64,000 nucleotides of DNA from Eledone cirrhosa. Taxonomy: Eukaryota. Position 1 is the first letter of the stretch. Every line of letters begins with the position of its first letter. Made by a program: the position numbers and the translations under genes. The DNA is taken from contig OZ024748.1 in the NCBI GenBank assembly GCA_964016885.1, positions 40,362,001 through 40,426,000 of the forward strand, given 5' to 3'. The notes under the pieces are model-generated. The model was given only the letters and a program-made list of their open reading frames with translations, made no database searches and was not told the origin of the DNA. Positions 1 through 16,429 of the stretch are shown here, piece by piece.

Positions 1-3000
1 CTTGTATAGATCATACATATAGATCTTGTATATAGACCATACATATAGATCTTGTATATAGACCACACATATAGATCTTGTATAGACCATACATATAGAT
101 CTTGTATAGACCATACATATAGATCTTGTGTATAGACCACACATATAGATCTTGTATATAGACCATACATATAGATCTTGTATATAGACCACACATATAG
201 ATCTTGTGTTGACCATACATATAGATCTTGTAAATAGACCATACATATAGATCTTGTGTATAGACCATACATATAGATCTTTTATAGACCATACATATAG
301 ATCTTGTATAGACCACACATATAGATCTTCTATAGACCACACATATAGATCTTGTATAGACCACACATATAGATCTTGTATATAGACGATACATATAGAT
401 CTTGTATAGACCATACATATAGATCTTGTATAGACCACACATATACATCTTGTATAGACCATACATATAGATATTGTATAGACCACACATATAGATCTTG
501 TATATAGACCATACATATAGATCTTGTATAGACCATACATATAGATCTTGTGTATAGACCATACATATACATCTTGTATAGAACATACATATAGATCTTG
601 TATATAGACCATACATACAGATCTTGTATAGACCATACATATAGATCTTGTATAGACCATACATATAGATCTTGTATAGACCATACATATAGACCTTGTA
701 TAGACCATACATATAGATCTTGTATAGACCATACATATAGATCTTGTATAGATCATACATATAGATCTTGTATAGACCATACATATAGATCTTGTATAGA
801 CCACACATATATATCTTGTATAGACCATACATATAGATCTTGTGTATAGACCATACATAGAAGATCTTGTATAGACCATACATATAGATCTTGTATATAG
901 ACCATACATATAGATCTTGTATAGACCACACATATAGATCTTGTATATAGATCATACATATAGATTTTGTATAGACCACACATATAGATCTTGTATATAG
1001 ACCATACATATAGATCTTGTATAGACCATACATATAGATATTGTATAGACCACACATATAGATCTTGTATATAGACCATACATATAGATCTTGTATAGAC
1101 CATACATATAGATCTTGTTTATAGACCATACATATAAATCTTGTATAGACCATACATATAGATCTTGTGTATAGACGATACATATAGATCTTGTGTATAG
1201 ACCATACATATAGATATTGTATATAGACCACACATATAGATATTGTGTATTGACCATACATATACTTCTTGTATAGACCATACATATAGATCTTGTATAG
1301 ACCATACATATAGATCTTGTATATAGACCATACATATAGATCTTGTATAGACTATACATATAGACCTTGTATATAGACCATACATATAGATCTTGTATAG
1401 ACCATACATATAGATCTTGTATAGACCATACATATAGATCTTGTATAGACCATACATATAGATCTTGTATAGACCATAAATATAGATCTTGTATATAGAC
1501 CATACATATAGATCTTGTATAGACCATACCTATAGATCTTGTATATAGACCATACATATAGATCTTGTATAGACCATACATATAGATCTTGTATATAGAC
1601 CATACATATAGATCTTGTATAGACCATACATATAGATCTTGTATATAGACCATACATATAGATCTTGTATAGACCATACATATAGATCTTGTATATAGAC
1701 CATGCATATAGATCTTGTATAGACCATACATATAGATCTTGTATATAGACCATACATATAGATCTTGTATATAGAACATACATATAGATCTTGTATAGAC
1801 CATACATATAGATCTTGTATAGACCATACATATAGATCTTGTATAGACCATACATATAGATCTTGTATAGACCATACATATAGATCTTGTATAGACCATA
1901 CATATAGATCTTGTATAGGCCATACATATAGATCTTGTATAGACCATACATATAGATCTTGTATAGATCATACATATAAATCTTGTATAGACCATACATA
2001 TAGATCTTGTATAGACCACACATATATATCTTGTATAGACCATACATATAGATCTTGTGTATAGACCATACATATAGATCTTGTATAGACCATACATATA
2101 GATCTTGTATATAGACCATACATATAGATCTTGTATAGACCACACATATAGATCTTGTATATAGACCATACATATAGATCTTGTATAAACCATACATATA
2201 GATATTGTATAGACCACACATATAGATCTTGTATATAGACCATACATATAGATCTTGTATAGACCATACATATAGATCTTGTGTATAGACCATACATATA
2301 CATCTTGTATAGACCATACATATAGATCTTGTATATAGACCATACATATAGATCTTGTATAGACCATACATATAGATCTTGTGTATAGACCATACATATA
2401 GATCTTGTGTATAGACTATACATATAGATATTGTATATAGACCACACATATAGATATTGTGTATTGACCATACATATACATCTTGTATAGACCATACATA
2501 TAGATCTTGTATAGACCATACATATAGATCTTGTATAGACCATACATATAGATCTTGTATATAGACCATACATATAGATCTTGTATAGACCATACATATA
2601 GATCTTGTATATAGACCATGCATATAGATCTTGTATAGACCATACATATAGATCTTGTATATAAACCATACATATAGATCTTGTATAGACCATACATATA
2701 GATCTTGTATAGACCATACATATTGATCTTGTATATAGTCCATACATATAGATCTTGTATAGACCATACATATAGATCTTGTATAGACCATACATATAAA
2801 TCTTGTATAGACCATACATATAGATCTTGTATAGACCACACATATAGATCTTGTATATAGACCACACATATAGATCTTGTATAGACCATACATATAGATC
2901 TTGTATAGACCATACATATAGATCTTGTGTATAGACCATACATATAGATCTTGTGTATAGACCACACATATAGATCTTGTATAGACCATACATATAGATC

Positions 3001-6000
3001 TTGTATATAGACCACACATATAGATCTTGTGTATAGACCATACATATAGATATTGTGTAGACCACACATATAGATCTTGTATATAGACCATACATATAGA
3101 TCTTGTATAGACCATACATATAGATCTTGTATATAGACCATACATATAGATCTTGTATAGACCATACATATAGATCATGTATATAGACCATACATATAGA
3201 TCTTGTATAGACCATACATATAGATCTTGTATATAGACCATACATATAGATCTTGTATATAGAACATACATATAGATCTTGTATAGACCATACATATAGA
3301 TCTTGTATAGACCATACATATAGATCTTGTATAGACACACATATAGATCTTCTATAGACCACACATATAGATCTTGTATAGACCACACATATAGATCTTG
3401 TATATAGACGATACATATAGATCTTGTATAGACCATACATATAGATCTTGTATAGACCACACATATACATCTTGTATAGACCATACATATAGATATTGTA
3501 TAGACCACACACATAGATCTTGTATATAGACCATACATATAGATCTTGTATAGACCATACATATAGATCTTGTGTATAGACCATACATATACATCTTGTA
3601 TAGAGCATACATATAGATCTTGTATATAGACCATACATACAGATCTTGTATAGACCATACATATAGATCTTGTATAGACCATAAATATAGATCTTGTATA
3701 GACCATACATATAGATCTTGTATAGACCATACATATAGATCTTGTATAGACCATACATATAGATCTTGTATAGATCATACATATAAATCTTGTATAGACC
3801 ATACATATAGATCTTGTATAGACCACACATATATATCTTGTATAGACCATACATATAGATCTTGTGTATAGACCATACATATAGATCTTGTATAGATCAT
3901 ACATATAGATCTTGTATATAGACCATACATATAGATCTTGTATATAGACCACACATATAGATCTTGTATAGACCATACATATAGATCTTGTATAGACCAT
4001 ACATATAGATCTTGTGTATAGACCACACATATAGATCTTGTATATAGACCATACATATAGATCTTGTATATAGACCACACATATAGATCTTGTGTTGACC
4101 ATACATATAGATCTTGTAAATAGACCATACATATAGATCTTGTGTATAGACCATACATATAGATCTTGTATAGACCATACATATAGATCTTGTATAGACC
4201 ACACATATAGATCTTCTATAGACCACACATATAGATCTTGTATAGACCACACATATAGATCTTGTATATAGACGATACATATAGATCTTGTATAGACCAT
4301 ACATATAGATCTTGTATAGACCACACATATACATCTTGTATAGACCATACATATAGATATTGTATAGACCACACATATAGATCTTGTATATAGACCATAC
4401 ATATAGATCTTGTATAGACCATACATATAGATCTTGTGTATAGACCATACATATACATCTTGTATAGAACATACATATAGATCTTGTATATAGACCATAC
4501 ATACAGATCTTGTATAGACCATACATATAGATCTTGTATAGACCATACATATAGATCTTGTATAGACCATACATATAGACCTTGTATAGACCATACATAT
4601 AGATCTTGTATAGACCATACATATAGATCTTGTATAGATCATACATATAGATCTTGTATAGACCATACATATAGATCTTGTATAGACCACACATATATAT
4701 CTTGTATAGACCATACATATAGATCTTGTGTATAGACCATACATAGAAGATCTTGTATAGACCATACATATAGATCTTGTATATAGACCATACATATAGA
4801 TCTTGTATAGACCACACATATAGATCTTGTATATAGATCATACATATAGATTTTGTATAGACCACACATATAGATCTTGTATATAGACCATACATATAGA
4901 TCTTGTATAGACCATACATATAGATATTGTATAGACCACACATATAGATCTTGTATATAGACCATACATATAGATCTTGTATAGACCATACATATAGATC
5001 TTGTGTATAGACCATACATATAAATCTTGTATAGACCATACATATAGATCTTGTGTATAGACCATACATATAGATCTTGTGTATAGACCATACATATAGA
5101 TATTGTATATAGACCACACATATAGATATTGTGTATTGACCATACATATACTTCTTGTATAGACCATACATATAGATCTTGTATAGACCATACATATAGA
5201 TCTTGTATATAGACCATACATATAGATCTTGTATAGACTATACATATAGACCTTGTATATAGACCATACATATAGATCTTGTATAGACCATACATATAGA
5301 TCTTGTATAGACCATACATATAGATCTTGTATAGACCATACATATAGATCTTGTATAGACCATAAATATAGATCTTGTATATAGACCATACATATAGATC
5401 TTGTATAGACCATACCTATAGATCTTGTATATAGACCATACATATAGATCTTGTATAGACCATACATATAGATCTTGTATATAGACCATACATATAGATC
5501 TTGTATAGACCATACATATAGATCTTGTATATAGACCATACATATAGATCTTGTATAGACCATACATATAGATCTTGTATATAGACCATGCATATAGATC
5601 TTGTATAGACCATACATATAGATCTTGTATATAGACCATACATATAGATCTTGTATATAGAACATACATATAGATCTTGTATAGACCATACATATAGATC
5701 TTGTATAGACCATACATATAGATCTTGTATAGACCATACATATAGATCTTGTATAGACCATACATATAGATCTTGTATAGACCATACATATAGATCTTGT
5801 ATAGGCCATACATATAGATCTTGTATAGACCATACATATAGATCTTGTATAGATCATACATATAAATCTTGTATAGACCATACATATAGATCTTGTATAG
5901 ACCACACATATATATCTTGTATAGACCATACATATAGATCTTGTGTATAGACCATACATATAGATCTTGTATAGACCATACATATAGATCTTGTATATAG

Positions 6001-9000
6001 ACCATACATATAGATCTTGTATAGACCACACATATAGATCTTGTATATAGACCATACATATAGATCTTGTATAAACCATACATATAGATATTGTATAGAC
6101 CACACATATAGATCTTGTATATAGACCATACATATAGATCTTGTATAGACCATACATATAGATCTTGTGTATAGACCATACATATACATCTTGTATAGAC
6201 CATACATATAGATCTTGTATATAGACCATACATATAGATCTTGTATAGACCATACATATAGATCTTGTGTATAGACCATACATATAGATCTTGTGTATAG
6301 ACTATACATATAGATATTGTATATAGACCACACATATAGATATTGTGTATTGACCATACATATACATCTTGTATAGACCATACATATAGATCTTGTATAG
6401 ACCATACATATAGATCTTGTATAGACCATACATATAGATCTTGTATATAGACCATACATATAGATCTTGTATAGACCATACATATAGATCTTGTATATAG
6501 ACCATGCATATAGATCTTGTATAGACCATACATATAGATCTTGTATATAAACCATACATATAGATCTTGTATAGACCATACATATAGATCTTGTATAGAC
6601 CATACATATTGATCTTGTATATAGTCCATACATATAGATCTTGTATAGACCATACATATAGATCTTGTATAGACCATACATATAAATCTTGTATAGACCA
6701 TACATATAGATCTTGTATAGACCACACATATAGATCTTGTATATAGACCACACATATAGATCTTGTATAGACCATACATATAGATCTTGTATAGACCATA
6801 CATATAGATCTTGTGTATAGACCATACATATAGATCTTGTGTATAGACCACACATATAGATCTTGTATAGACCATACATATAGATCTTGTATATAGACCA
6901 CACATATAGATCTTGTGTATAGACCATACATATAGATATTGTGTAGACCACACATATAGATCTTGTATATAGACCATACATATAGATCTTGTATAGACCA
7001 TACATATAGATCTTGTATATAGACCATACATATAGATCTTGTATAGACCATACATATAGATCTTGTATATAGACCATACATATAGATCTTGTATAGACCA
7101 TACATATAGATCTTGTATATAGACCATACATATAGATCTTGTATATAGAACATACATATAGATCTTGTATAGACCATACATATAGATCTTGTATAGACCA
7201 TACATATAGATCTTGTATAGACACACATATAGATCTTCTATAGACCACACATATAGATCTTGTATAGACCACACATATAGATCTTGTATATAGACGATAC
7301 ATATAGATCTTGTATAGACCATACATATAGATCTTGTATAGACCACACATATACATCTTGTATAGACCATACATATAGATATTGTATAGACCACACACAT
7401 AGATCTTGTATATAGACCATACATATAGATCTTGTATAGACCATACATATAGATCTTGTGTATAGACCATACATATACATCTTGTATAGAGCATACATAT
7501 AGATCTTGTATATAGACCATACATACAGATCTTGTATAGACCATACATATAGATCTTGTATAGACCATACATATAGATCTTGTATAGACCATACATATAG
7601 ATCTTGTATAGACCATACATATAGATCTTGTATAGATCATACATATAGATCTTGTATATAGACCATACATATAGATCTTGTATATAGACCACACATATAG
7701 ATCTTGTATAGACCATACATATACATCTTGTATAGACCATACATATAGATATTGTATAGACCACACACATAGATCTTGTATATAGACCATACATATAGAT
7801 CTTGTATAGACCATACATATAGATCTTGTATAGACCATACATATAGATCTTGTATAGACCATACATATAGATCTTGTATAGATCATACATATAAATCTTG
7901 TATAGACCATACATATAGATCTTGTATAGACCACACATATATATCTTGTATAGACCATACATATAGATCTTGTGTATAGACCATACATATAGATCTTGTA
8001 TAGATCATACATATAGATCTTGTATATAGACCATACATATAGATCTTGTATATAGACGACACATATAGATCTTGTATAGACCATACATATAGATCTTGTA
8101 TAGACCATACATATAGATCTTGTGTATAGACCACACATATAGATCTTGTATATAGACCATACATATAGATCTTGTATATAGACCACACATATAGATCTTG
8201 TGTTGACCATACATATAGATCTTGTAAATAGACCATACATATAGATCTTGTGTATAGACCATACATATAGATCTTGTATAGACCATACATATAGATCTTG
8301 TATAGACCACACATATAGATCTTCTATAGACCACACATATAGATCTTGTATAGACCACACATATAGATCTTGTATATAGACGATACATATAGATCTTGTA
8401 TAGACCATACATATAGATCTTGTATAGACCACACATATACATCTTGTATAGACCATACATATAGATATTGTATAGACCACACATATAGATCTTGTATATA
8501 GACCATACATATAGATCTTGTATAGACCATACATATAGATCTTGTGTATAGACCATACATATACATCTTGTATAGAACATACATATAGATCTTGTATATA
8601 GACCATACATACAGATCTTGTATAGACCATACATATAGATCTTGTATAGACCATACATATAGATCTTGTATAGACCATACATATAGACCTTGTATAGACC
8701 ATACATATAGATCTTGTATAGACCATACATATAGATCTTGTATAGATCATACATATAGATCTTGTATAGACCATACATATAGATCTTGTATAGACCACAC
8801 ATATATATCTTGTATAGACCATACATATAGATCTTGTGTATAGACCATACATAGAAGATCTTGTATAGACCATACATATAGATCTTGTATATAGACCATA
8901 CATATAGATCTTGTATAGACCACACATATAGATCTTGTATATAGATCATACATATAGATTTTGTATAGACCACACATATAGATCTTGTATATAGACCATA

Positions 9001-9650
9001 CATATAGATCTTGTATAGACCATACATATAGATATTGTATAGACCACACATATAGATCTTGTATATAGACCATACATATAGATCTTGTATAGACCATACA
9101 TATAGATCTTGTGTATAGACCATACATATACATCTTGTATAGACCATACATATAGATCTTGTGTATAGACCATACATATAGATCTTGTGTATAGACCATA
9201 CATATAGATATTGTATATAGACCACACATATAGATATTGTGTATTGACCATACATATACTTCTTGTATAGACCATACATATAGATCTTGTATAGACCATA
9301 CATATAGATCTTGTATATAGACCATACATATAGATCTTGTATAGACTATACATATAGACCTTGTATATAGACCATACATATAGATCTTGTATAGACCATA
9401 CATATAGATCTTGTATAGACCATACATATAGATCTTGTATAGACCATACATATAGATCTTGTATAGACCATAAATATAGATCTTGTATATAGACCATACA
9501 TATAGATCTTGTATAGACTATACCTAGAGATCTTGTATATAGACCATACATATAGATCTTGTATAGACCATACATATAGATCTTGTATATAGACCATACA
9601 TATAGATCTTGTATAGACCATACATATAGATCTTGTATATAGACCATACA
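1..9650. repeat. Higher-order repeat: about 3.9-kb unit in two near-complete copies plus a partial third (offsets 3886 then 4108 bp)
   Basis: The rare marker tagaagatc lies at 858, 4744 and 8852. Matching ORFs occur at 11/3897/8005, 330/4216/8324, 598/4484/8592 and 952/4838/8946. Confidence 0.9.
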
Positions 9651-12600
9651 TATAGATCTTGTATAGACCATACATATAGATCTTGTATAGACCATACATA
9701 TAGATATTGTATAGACCACACATATAGATCTTGTATATAGACCATACATATAGATCTTGTATAGACCATACATATAGATCTTGTGTATAGACCATACATA
9801 TACATCTTGTATAGACCATACATATAGATCTTGTATATAGACCATACATATAGATCTTGTATAGACCATACATATAGATCTTGTGTATAGACCATACATA
9901 TAGATCTTGTGTATAGACTATACATATAGATATTGTATATAGACCACACATATAGATATTGTGTATTGACCATACATATACATCTTGTATAGACCATACA
10001 TATAGATCTTGTATAGACCATACATATAGATCTTGTATAGACCATACATATAGATCTTGTATATAGACCATACATATAGATCTTGTATAGACCATACATA
10101 TAGATCTTGTATATAGACCATGCATATAGATCTTGTATAGACCATACATATAGATCTTGTATATAAACCATACATATAGATCTTGTATAGACCATACATA
10201 TAGATCTTGTATAGACCATACATATTGATCTTGTATATAGTCCATACATATAGATCTTGTATAGACCATACATATAGATCTTGTATAGACCATACATATA
10301 AATCTTGTATAGACCATACATATAGATCTTGTATAGACCACACATATAGATCTTGTATATATACCACACATATAGATCTTGTATAGACCATACATATAGA
10401 TCTTGTATAGACCATACATATAGATCTTGTGTATAGACCATACATATAGATCTTGTGTATAGACCACACATATAGATCTTGTATAGACCATACATATAGA
10501 TCTTGTATATAGACCACACATATAGATCTTGTGTATAGACCATACATATAGATATTGTGTAGACCACACATATAGATCTTGTATATAGACCACACATATA
10601 GATCTTGTATAGACCATACATATAGATTTGTATAGACCATACATATAGATCTTGTGTATAGACCACACATATAGATCTTGTATATAGACCATACATATAG
10701 ATCTTGTATATAGACCACATATATAGATCTTGTGTTGACCATACATATAGATCTTGTAAATAGACCATACATATAGATCTTGTGTATAGACCATACATAT
10801 AGATCTTGTATAGACCATACATATAGATCTTGTATAGACACACATATAGATCTTCTATAGACCACACATATAGATCTTGTATAGACCACACATATAGATC
10901 TTGTATATAGACGATACATATAGATCTTGTATAGACCATACATATAGATCTTGTATAGACCACACATATACATCTTGTATAGACCATACATATAGATATT
11001 GTATAGACCACACACATAGATCTTGTATATAGACCATACATATAGATCTTGTATAGACCATACATATAGATCTTGTGTATAGACCATACATATACATCTT
11101 GTATAGAGCATACATATAGATCTTGTATATAGACCATACATACAGATCTTGTATAGACCATACATATAGATCTTGTATAGACCATACATATAGATCTTGT
11201 ATAGACCATACATATAGATCTTGTATAGACCATACATATAGATCTTGTATAGACCATACATATAGATCTTGTATAGATCATACATATAGATCTTGTATAG
11301 AACATACATATAGATCTTGTATAGACCACACATATATATCTTGTATAAACCATATATATAGATCTTGTGTACAGACCATACATATAGAGCTTGTATAGAC
11401 CATACATATAGATCTTGTATATAGACCATACATATAGATCTTGTATAGACCACACATATAGAACTTGTATATAGACCATACATATAGATTTTGTATAGAC
11501 CACACATATAGATCTTGTATATAGACCATACATATAGATCTTGTATAGATCATACATATAGATATTGTATAGACCACACATATAGATCTTGTATATAGAC
11601 CATACATATAGATCTTGTATAGACCATACATATAGATCTTGTGTATAGACCATACATATACATCTTGTATAGACCATACATATAGATCTTGTATATAGAC
11701 CATACATATAGATCTTGTATAGACCATACATATAGATCTTGTGTATAGACCATACGTATAGATCTTGTGTATAGACCATACATATAGATATTGTATATAG
11801 ACCACACATATAGATATTGTGTATTGACCATACATATACTTCTTGTATAGACCATACATATAGATCTTGTATAGACCATACATATAGATCTTGTATATAG
11901 ACCATACATATAGATCTTGTATAGACTATACATATAGATCTTGTATATAGACCATACATATAGATCTTGTATAGACCATACATATAGATCTTGTATAGAC
12001 CATACATGTAGATCTTGTATAGACCATACATATAGATCTTGTATAGACCATACATATAGATCTTGTATATAGACCATACATATAGATCTTGTATAGACCA
12101 TACCTATAGATCTTGTATATAGACCATACATATAGATCTTGTATAGACCATACATATAGATCTTGTATATAGACCATACATATAGATCTTGTATAGACCA
12201 TACATATAGATCTTGTATATAGACCATACATATAGATCTTGTATAGACCATACATATAGATCTTGTATATAGACCATGCATATAGATCTTGTATAGACCA
12301 TACATATAGATCTTGTATATAGACCATACATATAGATCTTGTATATAGAACATACATATAGATCTTGTATAGACCATACATATAGATCTTGTATAGACCA
12401 TACATATAGATCTTGTATAGACCATACATATAGATCTTGTATAGACCATAAATATAGATCTTGTATAGACCATACATATAGATCTTGTATAGACCATACA
12501 TATAGATCTTGTATAGACCATACATATAGATCTTGTATAGATCATACATATAAATCTTGTATAGACCATACATATAGATCTTGTATAGACCACACATATA

Positions 12601-15600
12601 TATCTTGTATAGACCATATATATAGATCTTGTGTATAGACCATACATATAGATCTTGTATAGATCATACATATAGATCTTGTATATAGACCATACATATA
12701 GATCTTGTATATAGACCACACATATAGATCTTGTATAGACCATACATATAGATCTTGTATAGACCATACATATAGATCTTGTGTATAGACCACACATATA
12801 GATCTTGTATATAGACCATACATATAGATCTTGTATATAGACCACACATATAGATCTTGTGTTGACCATACATATAGATCTTGTAAATAGACCATACATA
12901 TAGATCTTGTGTATAGACCATACATATAGATCTTGTATAGACCATACATATAGATCTTGTATAGACCACACATATAGATCTTCTATAGACCACACATATA
13001 GATCTTGTATAGACCACACATATAGATCTTGTATATAGACGATACATATAGATCTTGTATAGACCATACATATAGATCTTGTATAGACCACACATATACA
13101 TCTTGTATAGACCATACATATAGATATTGTATAGACCACACATATAGATCTTGTATATAGACCATACATATAGATCTTGTATAGACCATACATATAGATC
13201 TTGTGTATAGACCATACATATACATCTTGTATAGAACATACATATAGATCTTGTATATAGACCATACATACAGATCTTGTATAGACCATACATATAGATC
13301 TTGTATAGACCATACATATAGATCTTGTATAGACCATACATATAGACCTTGTATAGACCATACATATAGATCTTGTATAGACCATACATATAGATCTTGT
13401 ATAGATCATACATATAGATCTTGTATAGACCATACATATAGATCTTGTATAGACCACACATATATATCTTGTATAGACCATACATATAGATCTTGTGTAT
13501 AGACCATACATAGAAGATCTTGTATAGACCATACATATAGATCTTGTATATAGACCATACATATAGATCTTGTATAGACCACACATATAGATCTTGTATA
13601 TAGATCATACATATAGATTTTGTATAGACCACACATATAGATCTTGTATATAGACCATACATATAGATCTTGTATAGACCATACATATAGATCTTGTATA
13701 TAGACCATACATATAGATCTTGTATAGACCATACATATAGATCTTGTATATAGACCATGCATATAGATCTTGTATAGACCATACATATAGATCTTGTATA
13801 TAGACCATACATATAGATCTTGTATATAGAACATACATATAGATCTTGTATAGACCATACATATAGATCTTGTATAGACCATACATATAGATCTTGTATA
13901 GACCATACATATAGATCTTGTATAGACCATACATATAGATCTTGTATAGACCATACATATAGATCTTGTATAGGCCATACATATAGATCTTGTATAGACC
14001 ATACATATAGATCTTGTATAGATCATACATATAAATCTTGTATAGACCATACATATAGATCTTGTATAGACCACACATATATATCTTGTATAGACCATAC
14101 ATATAGATCTTGTGTATAGACCATACATATAGATCTTGTATAGACCATACATATAGATCTTGTATATAGACCATACATATAGATCTTGTATAGACCATAC
14201 ATATAGATCTTGTATAGACCATACATATAGATCTTGTATATAGTCCATACATATAGATCTTGTATAGACCATACATATAGATCTTGTATAGACCATACAT
14301 ATAGATCTTGTATAGACCATACATATAGATCTTGTATAGACCACACATATAGATCTTGTATATAGACCACACATATAGATCTTGTATAGACCATACATAT
14401 AGATCTTGTATAGACCATACATATAGATCTTGTGTATAGACCATACATATAGATCTTGTGTATAGACCACACATATAGATCTTGTATAGACCATACATAT
14501 AGATCTTGTATATAGACCACACATATAGATCTTGTATATGGACCACATATATAGATCTTGTATAGACCATACATATAGATCTTGTATAGACCATACATAT
14601 AGATCTTGTGTATAGACCACACATATAGATCTTGTATATAGACCATACATATAGATCTTGTATATAGACCACACATATAGATCTTGTGTTGACCATACAT
14701 ATAGATCTTGTAAATAGACCATACATATAGATCTTGTGTATAGACCATACATATAGATCTTGTATAGACAATACATATAGATCTTGTATAGACCACACAT
14801 ATAGATATTCTATAGACCACACATATAGATCTTGTATAGACCACACATATAGATCTTGTGTATAGACCATACATATAGATCTTGTATAGACCACACATAT
14901 AGATCTTGTATATAGACCATACACATAGATCTTGTATAGACCATACATATAGATCTTGTATAGACCATACATATAGATCTTGTATATAGACCATACATAT
15001 AGATCTGGTATAGACCATACATATAGATCTTGTGTATAGACCATACATATAGATCTTGTGTATAGACCATACATATAGATATTGTATATAGACCACACAT
15101 ATAGATATTGTGTATAGACCATACATATACATCTTGTATAGACCATACATATAGATCTTGTATAGACCATACATATAGATCTTGTATATAGACCATACAT
15201 ATAGATCTTGTATAGACTATACATATAGATCTTGTATATAGACCATACATATAGATCTTGTATAGACCATACATATAGATCTTGTATAGACCATACATAT
15301 AGATCTTGTATAGACCATACATATAGATCTTGTATATAGACCATACATATAGATCTTGTATATAGACCACACATATAGATCTTGTATAGACCATACATAT
15401 AAATCTTGTATAGACCATACATATAGATCTTGTGTATAGACCATACATATAGATCTTGTGTATAGACCACACATATAGATCTTGTATAGACCATACATAT
15501 AGATCTTGTATATAGACCACACATATAGATCTTGTGTATAGACCATACATATAGATATTGTGTAAACCACACATATAGATCTTGTATATAGACCACACAT

Positions 15601-16429
15601 ATAGATCTTGCATAGACCATACATATAGATCTTGTATAGACCATACATATAGATCTTGTGTATAGACCACACATATAGATCTTGTATATAGACCATACAT
15701 ATAGATCTTGTATATAGACCACACATATAGTTCTTGTGTAGACCATACATATAGATCTTGTAAATAGACCATACATATAGATCTTGTGTATAGACCATAC
15801 ATATAGATCTTGTATAGACCATACATATAGATCTTGTATAGACCACACATATAGATCTTGTATAGACCACACATATAGATATTGTATATAGACCATACAT
15901 ATAGATCTTGTATAGACCATACATATAGATCTTGTATAGACCATACATATAGATCTTGTATAGACCATACATATAGATCTTGTATAGACCACACATATAT
16001 ATCTTGTATAGACAATACATATAGATCTTGTGTATAGACCATACATATAAATCTTGTATAGACCATACATATAGATTTTGTATAGACCACACATATAGAT
16101 CTTGTATATAGACCATACATATAGATCTTGTATAGACCATACATACAGATATTGTATAGACCACACATATAGATCTTGTATATAGACCATACATATAGAT
16201 CTTGTGTATAGACCATACATATACATCTTGTATAGACCATACATATAGATCTTGTATAGACCATACATATAGATCTTGTATAGACCACACATATAGATCT
16301 TGTATAGACCATACATATAGATCTTGTGTATAGACCATACATATAGATCTTGTATAGACCACACATATAGATCTTTTATATAGACCATACATATAGATCT
16401 TGTATAGACCATACATATAGATCTTGTGT

